A DNA stretch of 63,998 nucleotides, filler included, from Reclinomonas americana ATCC 50394 (GCA_048213135.1; 9 parts of 9 records of this genome joined end to end with filler, not necessarily neighbours in it); one strand, 5' to 3'. Counted from the first letter of the whole stretch, positions 23,386 to 42,745 are shown. Program-made: numbers and translations. The notes: generated from the letters alone by a model not told the origin.

Positions 23386-25155
23386 ATGGCGCTGAGCTTT
23401 GGAGATGCCGCCGGCCGCGACGCGTATGCCACCCTGCGCACCAACCCTTCACCCATCAACTATGTGGTGTACAAGGTGAGAGATCATGTGTTTTTTCCGC
23501 ATGCACATGCGTTCGCGTGTGTGTGTGCATTGATTGATGGATGTGTCCATGTTAATAGTTCCATCCGCAACAAGCTGGTTCTTTGATGGTGGCGGCCTCG
23601 GGTTACACTGACATTCACTCGCTGTTTTCGCACGTGGCGTCGCTGTTGGAGCCCACTGAGGTGCGTGTGTGTTACGAAGTAAGCTCACTCACACTCCACT
23701 CACTCTCTCACTGTGCGCAGATTATGCTGGCGGCTGTGCGTGTGGAGATGGTCAGCGACTCGGGAACACAGTCCAAGATTGTGCTCATTGTTGCGTGTGT
23801 GAGAGAGTGTGTGTATGTGTGTGAGTGATTGATTGATTGTGTGGCACAGACGCATGTGGGTGAGGGTGTGAGCCCGCTGAAACGCGGACGAGTCATGGCG
23901 TACAAGTCCGATGTGCCGAAAGTGTTTGAGGTACTGTGTGTGCGCTCTCTTGTCGCCCATACATGCTCCTGAAAACCCGCGTCGACAGGGTATCAATGTG
24001 GAGGTGCATTTGGCCGATGGTGATCGCCTCAACGAGGCCGATGTGCTGAAGAAGGTGGAGACTGCCATGGGCGGTGTTGGTCGTGCCAGTCTGGCGTCTG
24101 GCAGCCGCGCGCCAGCAGCAGCTGCTGCTGCGTCTGCTGCTTCGGCATCTGCTGCCCCAGCACCGGCTCCAGTGGCTGCGCCTGCCCCAGCTCCCGCTCC
24201 TGCTCCAGTGGCTGCTCCGGCGCCAGCACCGGCTCCAGTGGCTGCGCCTGCCCCTGCTCCTGCCCCGGCTCCAGTGGCTGCTCCGGCGCCAGCACCGGCT
24301 CCAGTGGCTGCGCCTGCTCCTGCTCCTGCCCCAGTGGCCGCGCCGGCTCCTGCGGCTCCTGCCCCTGCCCCAGCCGCAGCCCCTGTCGCCGCCGCCGCCG
24401 CCGCACCAGCTGCCCGTGCCGCACCAGCCCGCAAGGTGGAACTCAAGCAGAACCGATGGCTNNNNNNNNNNNNNNNNNNNNNNNNNNNNNNNNNNNNNNN
24501 NNNNNTTAATTAATTAANNNNNNNNNNNNNNNNNNNNNNNNNNNNNNNNNNNNNNNNNNNNGCTGGAGAATCTGGTGGACGAGTCGGCGCCGGTGGAGCT
24601 CACCGACACCAACCTGCGTCACGCGGTGGCCCTGGTGAACTGCTCGAATTCCACAGTGCGCGTCCATGGCAAGGTCAACAGTGTGTCGTTGGAGCGCTGC
24701 AATCGCGTGGCTGTTGTGGTCGACAATGTGGTGTCCGGCTTCAACGTCAACGGCAGCAACGCCGTGCAGTTGCAGGTCCTCGGCAAGTGTCCGTCCATGC
24801 AGATTGATAGCACGGACGGTTGCCAGGTGTACCTCTCCAAGGACACCCTCGACATTGAGATTGTGGTTGCGTATTTGTTCTCCACGAAATGAGCTGTTGT
24901 ATCCCACACACTTACAACTCACTCCACACGATTGCCTGCACGCAGCACGCGACCTCCAGCGACCTGAATGTCAACATTCCGAGTGCCGACGGTGGCGATC
25001 TCATCGAGTTGCCAATCCCTTGCCAGTTCACGGTACGCGTGCACGTGCTCCTCTCCGCCGCGTTGCAGACAGCATCTCATTTTTTAATTCGCGACACACA
25101 GCACCGTCTCCAAGCCGGCAACAAGTTGTTCACGGCGCCGAACAGTCACGTTTGA
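23386..25155 (+). CDS. ADF-H (coactosin-like) domain + Pro/Ala linker + CAP C-terminal CARP domain fusion
   Basis: N-terminus RDAYATLR...INYVVY...SKIVLITHVGEGVSPLKRGRV...RLNEADVLKKVETAMGG; (APAPAPVA)n linker; KVELKQNRW[gap]ENL...VHGKVNSVSLERC...QVLGKCPSMQIDSTDGCQVYLSKD...SSDLNV...DLIELPIPCQF. Confidence 0.85.
24150..24430 (+). repeat. Coding tandem repeat (APAPAPVA-type, ~24-30 nt units)
   Basis: Repeated gctccagtggctgc[gt]cc units. Confidence 0.9.
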
Positions 25156-25314
25156 TGGAAGAATCTCCGCCGTTTTAGTGCCTGTCACCCCTCCTCATCA
25201 GTATGGTGAAATTCATTCGTTATCACACACACACACACATGCACACAATTCATTACGCTCCACCAAGATGAGAAAAAAAGAGAAGGACAGATCGCGGATT
25301 CACACATGGTGCTA

Positions 25315-27321
25315 CTAACCACCGCCAGGCGGTGTCTCCGTCGTCAGCAGCGCCTGAAGCAGCACGCGCTGCGGCGCCGTGAGACCCTCCACAAACGCCT
25401 TCAACTCCTCTTCTGTGTACGACGAGCTGACTCGTGGTGGTGCGGGTGGTTGTGGTGGAGAGGCGGAGGCCGTTGCGGTTGTTGTGGTGGCGGCAAGTGA
25501 AGATGAAGACGACTGCCGTGCACGTTTCCGCGCTGGCGACACAGAAGACGCCGCCGCCGCGGTGGAGGCCCGTGTGTTTCGCTTTGGTTGCCGCCGAGTG
25601 CGGTCGACACGCATCGGCTTGGCGGCGGAGCCGTCGCTGCCCAGCGCATCCTCCTCGTCATCGTCCTCCGCATTGTCCTCATCATCGTCTAGCAACTCCT
25701 CTGCGTCCTCATCGTCGTCATCGTCATCGTCGTCGTCGTCGTCGTCGGAATCGTGGCTGTACCGCCGCCGACCACCACGCGAGCGCTTTCCAGTCACCTG
25801 CCGGCCCCGGCGTGGTGACTTCCTGGTGCCATTCGCTGCTCGGCGCTTGGGGGTCACCGAACCCTTGCTGGCATCAGCGGATGTTGTGGTCGTCGTCGTT
25901 GTGCCAGCGGCGGCAGCAGCGGCAGCAGCGGCGGCGGCCGACGCACCAGTAGAAGACTTGGCGCCGACCGACACTGGGTGAGCGGCGACAGCAGGCGGAC
26001 TCGGCGATCGATTGACGGGCTTCTTGGCGCGGCACTGGAACGGGCTCGATTGCAGCACCATCAGCGGCGTGCCCGACGGCATGGACAGGACCTCCACGCG
26101 GAAACACAATGCTCGACGACCATTCTGTGTGCGGAAAAAACAACAAATGAGTGTGTGTCGTGTGCGTGATCGTGAAAAGAGTGATGGCGTACCAAGTAGG
26201 ACGTGGTCAGCAGATTGACGCGCGCCGTGGCAGACAAGCCACCCGAGTCGGCGCGCTTCTCAAACTGCACCGTCAGCTCGCCAAAGAGCGTCTGGTACTG
26301 CTGCTTCGGATTGTTGTTGACTGCCGCCTCGCCGTCTTCGGTGACCAGCGACACCCGGGCCGACAGCGACTCGCCCTCCGACGGCACCAGCTGCTCCAGC
26401 TCCAACCGAATGTCCCAAAAGTAACCCTACACGCGCGCGCGCGTGATGAGACCACGCTGCAGCAGCGACAATGTGAGACAACACACGCACACATACCTTG
26501 GTGTACAACACATCGGGAACCACCGCCGACCAGCCCGGCTTCTTCGCGGCCTTGAACGACACCGTGTACGAGAACGCCGTGCTCGGCGGCAGAAAGTTTT
26601 GCAGCAGCGTCCACGAACACGGGCGACTGACTGTCACTGCACCCGGCACAGCAGACGTGGCCGTCGTCGCCACCGCGCCGTTGCCACCAGCAGCAGCGAC
26701 GGTAGCGACGGTGGTCGCGGTGGTTGCGGTGGTGGTGGTCGTCGTCGTGGTGGTGGTGCTGAGAATGCGCGCCGCTTCCATCGCCTCCATTGCATCGCTG
26801 TCTTGCGGTCGCGGTGCCTCTGCCACGATCATTGATGATGGCGGTGGTGGCGGTGGTGGTGGTGGAGGGGGAGGAGGTGGAGGCGGAGGTGGTGGTGGTG
26901 GTGGGAGCAAGTCTGTCGGCGGTGGCGACACACGAGCTGGGCGTGGACTGAGTGACTTGGGCGACTTGTCACGCGGCACCTGCACAATGGCCGACGTGGC
27001 TCGCACGGCGGGTGGTGTCTCCGGCGGCTGCGACATTGACTCGCTGTTCGGAGCAGCAGCGGCGGCGGCGGCAGAGGCCGGCTGCGCAATCACAGTCGTC
27101 GAAGTCGACTCTTGCGATGACTCAAACAAATTCGTCGCCTGCGGGAACATCGATGCGGGTGGTGTGAACAGCAGGCCGGGCGATTGCGAGGCCATGCCGC
27201 CATCGCCACCAAGCAGGGCCGAATGAATGGCGGAGGTGGGAATGTCACTGAGAACGCCGGGCGTGGTGACCAATCCGGGTGTTGCACCGGGAGTGGTGCC
27301 ACCGTTGCCGAAGAATGACAT
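25315..27321 (-). CDS. Putative transcription factor: low-complexity P/S/T N-terminus, central beta-rich domain, basic NLS-like and acidic tracts
   Basis: Central spliced domain DVLYTK|GYFWDIRLEL...ARVSLVTEDG...ARVNLLTTSYL...FRVEV...LQSSPFQCRAKKP; then KRR/RRGR basic patches and poly-D/E. Confidence 0.5.
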
Positions 27322-27697
27322 GCCCTGAGTTGCGCGCGTGAGTGAGAGCGTGTGGGGGAGCAGAGGAGAGTGAGCAGGAGAGAGACGCAACCGAGCCCGA
27401 GCGGAAGAAGTTATCCATGTCGACCAGTCAAAGTCGACTCACTGCGTTTTCTGCACACACGCGCGCGCAAACACACCGTGCATCGCTGTCAGTCACACGG
27501 CACATACACACACACGCGCGCGCACGCACACAGTCAACGCACCTGCGCTCACGAGCCAAATCGGCGAGATCGATGTCGACTCTCGGGAAATTTCACGCAT
27601 AGAAGTTAACTTGAGCTTGGCATTCGGCTTCTTTGCGCTGCATTCTACACTCTGTGCGCCGCGGAAGACGGGAACTGGCGCGATCACCTGTGCTGCC

Positions 27698-30600
27698 ATG
27701 TCGCTCTTGAGCGATTTGCTGCCGACTGGATTCGCGTTGGATCGCACCAGCGGTCGCATTGTCGTGCTCTCCGACACCGCCATCACGGGTGCGGCTGGGC
27801 ACGGCATCAGAGCAGCAGAGAAGGTATCGCTGGTGTTGCTGGCCGCGCACGCCTTTCCGTTGCGTCATCATTGAATGATGCTTGCTTGCAGCGACTGGCA
27901 GAGTTGATTGCGCGACTCGGGCTCCCGCCGACAGCTGTCGAGCGGCGACGCTTTGCACGGCGAGTGGTGCGCTGGTTGCGATGCTGGTGGCTGGCCATGC
28001 CACCACCACGAGCAGTCATTGCTGCTGCGGCTGCTGCTGCTGGATCAGCAGGTGTTGATGATGCACTGAGAGACGCATTGTTGGTGCGCGTGGTGATGCA
28101 GATGAAGAGGAGCAGCAGCACTGGTGTGCCGCTGCTGCATGAACAAGTGCGATTGTTGTTGTCGCTGTTGACGTCGTCGCCGCCGTCATCCTTGTTGGCT
28201 GGTTGGCGCATGCTGCTGGCAGTGAGTGGCACCGGTGAGGACATGCTGTCGAGTGCGACTCAATGGCTGCGACGACGGTGTGCGTTGTGTGAGTTGCCGG
28301 GGGATCCCACACTGCTCATGCGATGGCTGTGGGAGCAGTGCCAGCGGGGTGTGCCACCGACACGAGTCACCGGTGGCGTGTGGCGCGCGTTGCAGGTGAT
28401 GGCTCGTGCACTCGCACGATCGTCGGTGTGTGAACAGTGGAGATGGTCCGAGGTGCCGCTGCGGGGGGCCACGGCTGCTGAGCACGTGGATCGGTTGCTT
28501 CGTGCGGTGTTTCGCGATGGTGATGAACATGGAGAGGGGTCGTCGTCGTCGATGCTGCTGCTGCTGGTGTTTGGGACGCGCATTCTGTGGCCTCTGATGC
28601 GGCTGCTGGCCAGTCATGCGGGCATTCCCTCACGACAGGTGGCGGCGTTGCAGGTGGTGGCCGACATGTGGCAGTCGTGTCGCGTGGTGTATCCGCAGAG
28701 TTGCGTGCCGACGCAGTGGTTCTGTGTGAGAGTCGTGTCGCTGTGCATTCATCGTTGAGTGTGAAAGCAGAGCACGCGGCGATGGATGCGAAGAGTACGT
28801 TGTATCACAGACTACGAGGTGCGACACTCAGACCTCTGCGACATGGAATGGCACGCAGTCTGCTGCCGCTGTACACGTTCATGTCGCTCGTCAATCAGTT
28901 GGCGCAATGTGTGCTCTCATCGGCGGAGGTAAGTGGCGACGATGAGCGGCGCGCATGGTCAGCTCTGTGTGTGCACTGCTGGACGTGGTGTCCGGTGGCG
29001 TGCACGATGGCCCTTGAAGCCGTCGCGCCTCGTTTGCTGTGTCGAGCCTTGGTGCTGTTGAGGTATGCGCGTGATGTCGCTGTTGTGGGAGATGCTCACT
29101 CATTGACCTGGCAGGGAGCGCAAGGTGCCTCCCGCCGTGATCGCACCCATGGTGCAAATCACTCAGTGGTCGCTGGCAGTGACCCTCGCCGCCGACCAAG
29201 TTGCTGGCCAAGGTGCGTCTGTCTGATGGCTTGCTCTGGTGAGGCGTGAGGCGCTCGCTCATGCTTGTCACAGCAGGTGCACCTGCGCCACTGCTCGACG
29301 ACTATGTGCGCGTTCTGCAAACTGTGCTGGAGCTCGCTACTGAATTGTCGATTGCCATTCTGACACCGCTGTGCTCGTGAGTTATCGTGTTGGTATATAT
29401 GGTTCCCGTCACTTCCTCACTGTTCGCTCACTGCAGGTGTGGTCTGTTGGAGGCGTTGATGCCGGCCGTGGAGGACCAGTGCAAGATGGATGCTAGCGGT
29501 GCGCACTTCACATTTGTTGTCGGCTTGGTGCCGCCTCGCAACTCACCTACTGCCTCCGCATGCCACCCAGGTCCACGACCGCAGCTGACTGTTCTTCAAG
29601 AGTTGTATTCGCGCGCACTGCTGCTGCTCGCAACACACTTCACTCCCGTGCCCACTGCACTGTCGCATCCACGAGTGCGTGACCATCTGCTGCACGTCGT
29701 GCTGCCCGAATTGCTGCTGCCGGAGGGAGAGCAAGCCGGCAGTGTGATGACGGCAGAACCGTCGCTCCGCGAATGTGCACTCGTGCTGACTCGGATGCAC
29801 TGTGACGCCGCGCACCATGTTGCGTTCGCATGCATGCATGTGTGAATGATCTGGGGGCTGGAACTGAAACGGCTTCTCACAGCGGGCGCTGTTGTCGCGA
29901 ATGCGTGACGTTGGTGGTGACGAGGAGAGTCTTGCCGTCGTGGCATCTTCCGTATCGGTGCATCTCGTGGCGCTGTTGATGCACCACGAGGCAGGTTGGG
30001 ATGCGCACTCTTCTTCTGTGACGTGTGTCTGTACATTTATCTCATCATCGTGCGGCAGATTTGGTTCGCGAGGTGTTGCTCGTCGACTCGTTCTGGACTT
30101 CATGCGCCGCACTTGTGCACACAACAAACCTCCTCGGTACAATTGCAGCGCCTGGTGTGTGTGGACGTCGCTGTGTGTACGAATGCCTTTGCCGCGTCGT
30201 GACGCCGTGCACGCAGATGTGTTTCTGCAGTGTGTGGCGTGCGCCGGTGTTGCCTGCATCACGTGTCAGCTGCCGTCGACGACGCCCTGGTTGCCTGCCG
30301 CAATGCAAAGCATGGCCGTACAGACAGTCGCCTTTCTGCGCTCCCCGACTTCACGATCACTGCTCTGGTCTCTGTCGTCCACAACTCCTGCGCTGCGCAA
30401 TCCATCGGCTGGATCGAGTTCACTCAGCAGTTCGTCGTCGCCTTTGCTTCTCCACACTGCCTTGTGTACAGAATGATTCACATTCGCCCGTGCACAGGTC
30501 ACGAAGCTCTCCTGCACAACCTGCGAAACGCCCTGCTGCTTTGTGTATCACCAGGAGTTGTCAGCGAGGCCATCGTGGCAGTGGCGGAGCTCTGCAAGTT

Positions 30601-32791
30601 CTACGCTACACAGGGGTCTGTCTGTTTTGTTATTGCGTGAGCTCACCACACGTCTCTCCTCATGAGCTTGTCGTCGCAGCATGTTGGTCGGCGCCTCATT
30701 TGCCGCCGGCGGCGGGGCCACCGTGGCACTGCGAGGCCTAGCCAGACTCTTCCGCTGTATGTCTGGCGATGTGGTGGCCGAGGCGGTGGCACGGGGAGGA
30801 CTGGCCCCGCTGCTGGCACTCCACCATCAGCCACCACCGCTGCTGTCACGTCCGCCGGTAGCCGCTGCGTTGCAGGTGAGCAGTCCAATCTCTCTCCCAC
30901 TCTCCCCCTTCGCGGCCCTAATCGTCACCGTGCAGGAGGCCATGGACGCGCTGCATGCCGTGCTGGCGACCGCACCACACGCTGCTCTGCTGCATGTGGT
31001 GCGCGAACTGACGGCCGAGGTTGCTGTGCGTCGTGAGGGCCGCATTCCGCTGTCCACCACACCTCTGCTGGCGGTGCTGGCCATGTTGGCCACCGTGAAT
31101 TCAACCGACACGAATAGTCACGATCTGTTGTGGTCGGAACTGGCCAGCGATTCGGCGGCCACGGCACTGCTCACGCTCGTCAATCTTGCCGTCACCCAGC
31201 GTTGCATTGGCGTCGGTGCGCTCTTCTACAATTCCTATCCGCGATATCGGTTTCGATGCTGACCCCGTGCAGACACGCTCTCCCGCACTCTCTCACTGCT
31301 GGACAAGGTGTGCACGGCGGCACCGCTGGAGCGAGCGTGCATTGGCACAACTCACTACTTGCACTTGGTACTCCTGCCGACAGTTGCCACATTCATGTCG
31401 TCCGTGTCGACTCTTCGTGCGGTGTTGCCCGCGTTGCAGCATGTTGTCACGCACGCATGCAGTCGGCGCCTGTTATCGGCCACCGACTGCGGCACCGTGG
31501 CGCGTCTGTGTGCCTCGGTATGCCTGCAGAAATCGATGCGTGGCCACCACGCTCTGCCGTTGCTGGCACCCGTGTACGCCTGCCTGGAGGCGATCTCCAC
31601 CAGCAGCACTCTCGCACAGCGGGTGTCGCGCACGGTGCGTCTAATTGTGAGCGCGCATCAACATGTCACCATCGTCATTTACTATCATCGCATGCAGGTG
31701 GAGACCGAGTCTGCAAAGGTCAAGGAAGCACTCGAAACTACTGGCGTCGAGCAAGACGAGACCGAGACGACAATCTGTGTCGGCGACGAGGAGGATGGAG
31801 AAGAACAAGTGGAGTTTCTCGCCGCGGCGCTGCAGTGTTCCACTGGTGACTCGCGACCTCACCTGCTGGCGCTGCTGTCGGCAGTAGCACCACGTCAGTG
31901 GCACACGCCTGCCATTCGTGGTGCATGTCAGCGCACCATTGCGCTGCTCTTCTCCATGCCCCGCTTCATGCAGCTGGTGTGCTGTCAGCACCTACAACCT
32001 ACGGTGACAGCGGCCACATCGCGCGGTCTGCTGCCGGAGATGTTTGCGGTGCTGTGGCGCCACGTGCTCTTTGTTGCCGCGTGCTCGCTGCCGGCCAGCT
32101 ATTCGTTCACGTTGATCGTGGATGGCGTTGCCGTCAGTCTCCGAGAGCAGTGGAGAGCCGTGTACGATGTCGGTCTGTGGTGTTTCTTTAACTGGTGTGC
32201 CTATCAGCATCTGTGGCTGACTGCACCCGCTGCAGAACAATCCGTGGAGCGCGATCGTCAGCTAGTCTTTGCGTGTGTGGTGGTGCTGCCGTGGATGCTG
32301 CGCTGCATGCACTACTGCAGTGCGTGGACAGTGTTCATGCGCAGCAGCAGTGAAGTGTGTCTGCAGTGTCGACACCGAGTGTGCTCGACCAGTGAGGTCA
32401 GTTGTTCTCTTGTCGTCTGCCGACGTTGGCGACTGTGTGCCTGATGGTGTCGTCTGTTGATGCACATAGTTTGTCGGCGCAGTTCGAGAATGCTTGCAGC
32501 TATTTGTGCGCATCCTGTGTGCTACTCTCGACACGGAGCTGGACGAGAAGAGTTGCGTGCCGACTTGACATCCTTTGTTCAAGCGCGCACTGACAAGTGG
32601 AAATAGCGCGCAACACTGTGCATCAAAGCTTGCGACTGTGTGTGCAAGAAGCTATGGCGCTCATCGACTCCGCTCCGCATCGACTCGACAGCAAGACCCT
32701 GTTTGTGGACATTCTGGCTGCGCATGCCGCAGGTCGCGCGTTTGTACGAGACATTCTGTCGTCGGCAGGTTCCAGCCAGCAACCACCTTGA
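27698..32791 (+). CDS. Large multi-exon hypothetical protein, Leu/Ala-rich, probably helical/ARM-like (could be more than one gene)
   Basis: Chain of GT-AG-bounded exons in consistent orientation from MSLLSDLLPTG to ...SSQQPP*; ARM-like VARGGLAPLLAL segment; family not recognised. Confidence 0.5.
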
Positions 32792-32870
32792 AAAATGAGA
32801 TGTCGCTTCCACGATTGCAACATTCTTTTTTTCGTCCCATTCATTTCTGCCGACAAAAGCGCTCCTCCGC

Positions 32871-38271
<5,401 letters not shown>

Positions 38272-38335
38272 TTGCACAACAAAGAACAAACGAAGACAAA
38301 GCGAGCATGATAAAAGTCACTCTCTTTGCTTGCAC

Positions 38336-40503
38336 ATGTTGCGCCGAGCGTTCTCCTCTGTGCTGAGCAGCCGCGCGCTGCGAGGAGGCATGTGGTCGCC
38401 TGTGAGCAGCAGCAGCAGCAGTCACAGTGGCAAGTTTGTTGTGTGCAGTGCAGGGCATGCCATGTCGTCGCGTGTGTTCTCCTCCTCGTCGTCGTCTTTG
38501 GCGGTTGGAGAGCAGGAGGAGGAGGAGCAAGGGGAGTTGATGGAGCTGTGGGCGCCGAACACGGCGTTGAATGAGATTGCGGATAATGAGGGCGCGAGGA
38601 TGCAGGTGAGTGGGTGTGGAGAAGGGAGGGAGAGAGGGAGTGGAGGGAGGGAGAGAGGGAGAGAGAGAGAGAGAGAGAGAGAGCGTGAGAGAGAGAGAGA
38701 GAGGAGGAGGAGGGGGAAGTACGTCGTTCGTGCATGCGTTGTGCAGATGCGTTGATGAGTGTTGAAGATTGACCTGAGAGAAAGATACACGCTCCCACAC
38801 GCACACACACACACACACTGAGAGAGAGGGTGTGTGCGAAGACGCACGTGCATGCTTTACAGAGTTGAATGCAGATGCGCTGATGAACATTAAGATTTGA
38901 CATTGAGTTGACCTTGAGAGGCACAGACTCGCACACACACACATACTGAGAGAGAGTGTATGTGAAGACGCACGTGCATGCTTTGCAGAGGTTACTGCAG
39001 ATGCGCTGATGAGCATTCAAAAGTTGACGTAGAGAGGCGAAGACTCGCGCACACACTGAGAGAGAGAGAGAGAGAGCGATGGTGTGGGAAGACGCACGTG
39101 CATCCGTCATAGAGATGCATGCATGCACTGATGAGTGTGGAAGAGTTGACCTTGAGAGCACACACACACACAGCGATAGAGGGTGTGTGCGAAAACGCGG
39201 GTGCATGCTTTGCAGAGATGAATGCAGATGCGATGATGATCTTGCAAGATTGACCTTAAAGCGAAAGAGAAAGCGACCCACATGCATGCACAAACACAGC
39301 GTGAGAATGTGGGAAGACGCACGCGTATGCTTTGCAGAGGTGAATGCAGCTGCGCTTGTGTACATTGAAGAGTTGAAACCTTGAGCGAGCGAGAGAGAAA
39401 GAGACGCACACACACGCGCGCGCGCAGCAAGAGAGTGTGTGGGTGGACGCGTGCATGCGTTGCGTTGTGAGCTTGCAAGAGTTGAACTTGCGAGGCACAC
39501 ATTCACGCACACAGTGTGGGAAGACGCACGTGCAGGTGAATGCAGAGCTTGCAAGAGTTGAACTTGCGAGGCACACTCACACTCATACAGTGAAAGAGCT
39601 GATGCTTGCGCTGGCATGCACGGAGAGCGAGACAGAGGATCGCACATGCACGGATGAGCATTGAAGAGATGACAATGTGAATGTATTTGTGCTTTGAGCG
39701 ACTGCGCGTGAGAGAGAGGCTTTATGTGCATCCACTCTTCTATTCATGCGCTCACCGCCTTTCCCCTGTGGCATAGGCCCGGCGTGTTGGTCGTGGCATT
39801 GGCTCCGGCCGTGGCAAGACCTCTGGCCGCGGTCATTTGGGTCAAAAGGCGCGACGCGGTACCGGCAAGCCGCGCCCTGGCTTTGAAGGTCATTCCCTCC
39901 TCCCTCCGCTCACTTGCCCCACCCACTCTCCTCACTCTTTCCTCTCCGCATAGGTGGTCAAACACAGGGCTGGAAGCACCGCGACGGCAAGGAGCGCGGC
40001 TTCTTCAACCCGCACACCCTCGACTATGCGATCATCAATGTGTCGCAGTTGCAGGTGTTCGCCTCGCAAGGTCGGCTGCCGACGGATGGCTCGCTGATCA
40101 CCATGCGACACCTGTACGAGGTGGGTCTCGTCTCACGATTGCGGTATCCGGGCATCAAGTTGTTGGGCGATGTTGCGTTCGGCTGCGAGAGAGCTGCCCT
40201 CCCCCTGTTCCCTCTCTCAGACTTGCACACACACAGGGTGCGGATCTGCTGAAGGCTCCGCTGAAACTGGAAGTCAGTCGTGCGACACCGTCGGCGGTGG
40301 CGGCGATTGAGGCGGCTGGTGGGCAGGTGGTGCAACGACATTTCCCGGCGCAAGCAATCATCCACATGCGCCGAGCCAGGAATCCACAGGAGCTAGAGAA
40401 AGTGCGCAGTCAGACGTATCTGCCGCCACAGAACTTGCGAGACGTCTACGCCGTCGTGCAGCAGCAGTCGAATGCGCCATCGAAGGCCAATTCAGCACGC
40501 TAA
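38336..40503 (+). CDS. MRPL15: Mitochondrial ribosomal protein uL15m
   Basis: Presequence-like [85 protein letters not shown]. Confidence 0.9.
38720..39670. repeat. Degenerate tandem repeats filling the ~1.17 kb uL15m intron
   Basis: Recurrent gaagacgcacgtgcatgcttt.cagag.tgaatgcagatgcgctgatga...gttgaccttgagag units. Confidence 0.8.
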
Positions 40504-40639
40504 TTCTGCTGGTTGTGGTTGTACATTTCTTCGTAGACGCCTTCTCTCTCGCCTCTTGTTTTTTTCCTTCCTCGTGCCACGCAAGTGACACAAGAGTACA
40601 TGCATGCACTGAACAGAAACAAGAAACATCATGTTGCTG

Positions 40640-40901
40640 CCGCTCACATTCTGTCGGGGAAGGTGCGCTTGCCGGATGGGTTCTCTTGCCGCCACGTTTC
40701 GCGCGTGCGGTCCACATTGTAGTGATCGAGCTTGACGGCGGTGCGCGCGGCCGGCGGCGGTGGTGGCGGTGTCCGACCGGACTCCATCATTCGGGCCGTG
40801 CNNNNNNNNNNNNNNNNNNNNNNNNNNNNNNNNNNNNNNNNNNNNTTAATTAATTAANNNNNNNNNNNNNNNNNNNNNNNNNNNNNNNNNNNNNNNNNNN
40901 N

Positions 40902-40941
<40 letters not shown>

Positions 40942-42745
40942 CAGAGAGGAGAGGAATACGCACAACGAATACTCAGGCACACAAGGAAATAGCGATAGAG
41001 GAAGCGGTGCAACAGTTGCGCAGGCACGCCAGCCATAAAACCACATACAAGCACATACGGAGAGAGGCGACAACAATAGACGAGCACACGAAGTACACAG
41101 CAACACAAGACGCCGAGAGAGGCGAGGAATCGTACAACGGTTACTCAGGCCCACACACGCACGAATAGAAGCAAGCAGATGCACACACGGAGAGCGACAG
41201 AGAGAGAAAATAAGTACTGAACACACCACCAATAGAAGCACATGCACACACAGAGAAAACAACAGAGATACAGAGAGAGAGGCGACGAATGTGCAAAATA
41301 AATACTCAGGCACACAAGGAGATAGCGAGAGAGACACCCTCGCAAACACACGCACCTGCGTCGCTCAATGGTCTTGGCCGACACCTTCTCCAGCGCCCCC
41401 TGAATGCTCTCCTGGATCGGATTGAACACTGCGTGTGTGCACGCCGAGCGGTGAGCACTCCACCACCAACTCCTCTCAGCCCACTCCTTCACCCGCAACA
41501 CACACCCTTCTCCGACCACTCGGCATACAGCTGCTCCCGCTTGACCTGCCGACTGTGCTCGTCGAGTTGCACGAATTGCTCCACCTGCTGCACAAACGAC
41601 TCCTGCTCAAACTTGAGGGTCTCCAGCAGTCGCTCGCCCTCCTCGTCTCTCCTTCGCAGCACGTCGTGAATTCGTCGCTGTGCAAGAGTCGTGAGAAGAG
41701 GGAATAGTGGAGAAGGAGGAGTGCGGGGGGGACAACGCACCTCGCGTTCCTTCTTGGCGCGATCAAACTCGCGCTGAAACTCGACCTCCTTTTGCTCCTG
41801 CTTGTGTCGGAAGTGGTCCGCTTGGATCTCCTCTGCTGTTTTGCTAAGGGTGGGGGCCTGTCGGGAGGGGAGGAGGAGGAAAGGAAGGGAGGGTGAGCGA
41901 GAGGGAAGGGAGGGAGAGAGTTGATGAGCCAGTACAACAAAAAAAGGGGGTGAGGAGGGTGAGGAGGGCAGAGCGGAAGGAGGCGAGCAGCTTACGAACT
42001 GAGAAGAGCTGCGAGAGATGAGGAAGGCCTCTTGTGTGCCAGCTTGTGTGCATTGCCCCTCACCGTGACTGCTTCTCCGAGAGAGGGAGAGAGAGAAGAG
42101 AGAAGAGACACACAAGCACAGAGACACAGAGTGGCAACTGAGAAGCACTGTGTGAAGAGTGAATGTGGTGCGTATTGCCCTTCACTGTGATGGCTTCTGT
42201 GTGTGAGTGTGTGTGAGAGAGAAGAGAGAGAGAAGAGAGAGAGAGAAGACAGAGAGAGAGAAGACAGAGAGAGAGAAGACAGAGAGAGAGAGAGAGAGAG
42301 AGAAGGAGAGACAGAGAGCATGACGCACATTCAAGCACAGAGATACAGGGACGCACTGAGAAGAACTGTATGAACAGTGAGTGTAAAGCCTCTGTGTCTA
42401 TCGCGTGCTTCTCTGTGATTGCCTCTCTGAGAGCGTGCTTGCGTGTCCGCGTGCCTCTCTCCAACTACAATCCTCCGCCCATCTCTCTCACTCTCTCTCA
42501 CTCACCGGCTCCTCCGACGACAAGTACACCTCTCCCGCAGTCACCACATCCGCAAACAGACTCGCATCGTGCACGCGAATGCGCGGAGCGGCCGCACTCG
42601 AGCCACCACCACCCGAGTCGACAGTGGCCATGCTCCCGCTCGCGCTGCTCGCTGCCGTTGACATCATCCCATGAGCTTGCCCGCCTCCGCCTCGGCCAGT
42701 ACTCCTTGTGGTGGTCGTCGCCTTGGCCGTCGCTCGCAAACTCAT
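40640..42745 (-). CDS. FAM228-like coiled-coil protein (spans gap; ends approximate)
   Basis: FVQQVEQFVQLDEHSRQVKREQLYAEWSEK|VFNPIQESI; C-terminal DHYNV...ENPSGKRTFP. Confidence 0.55.
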
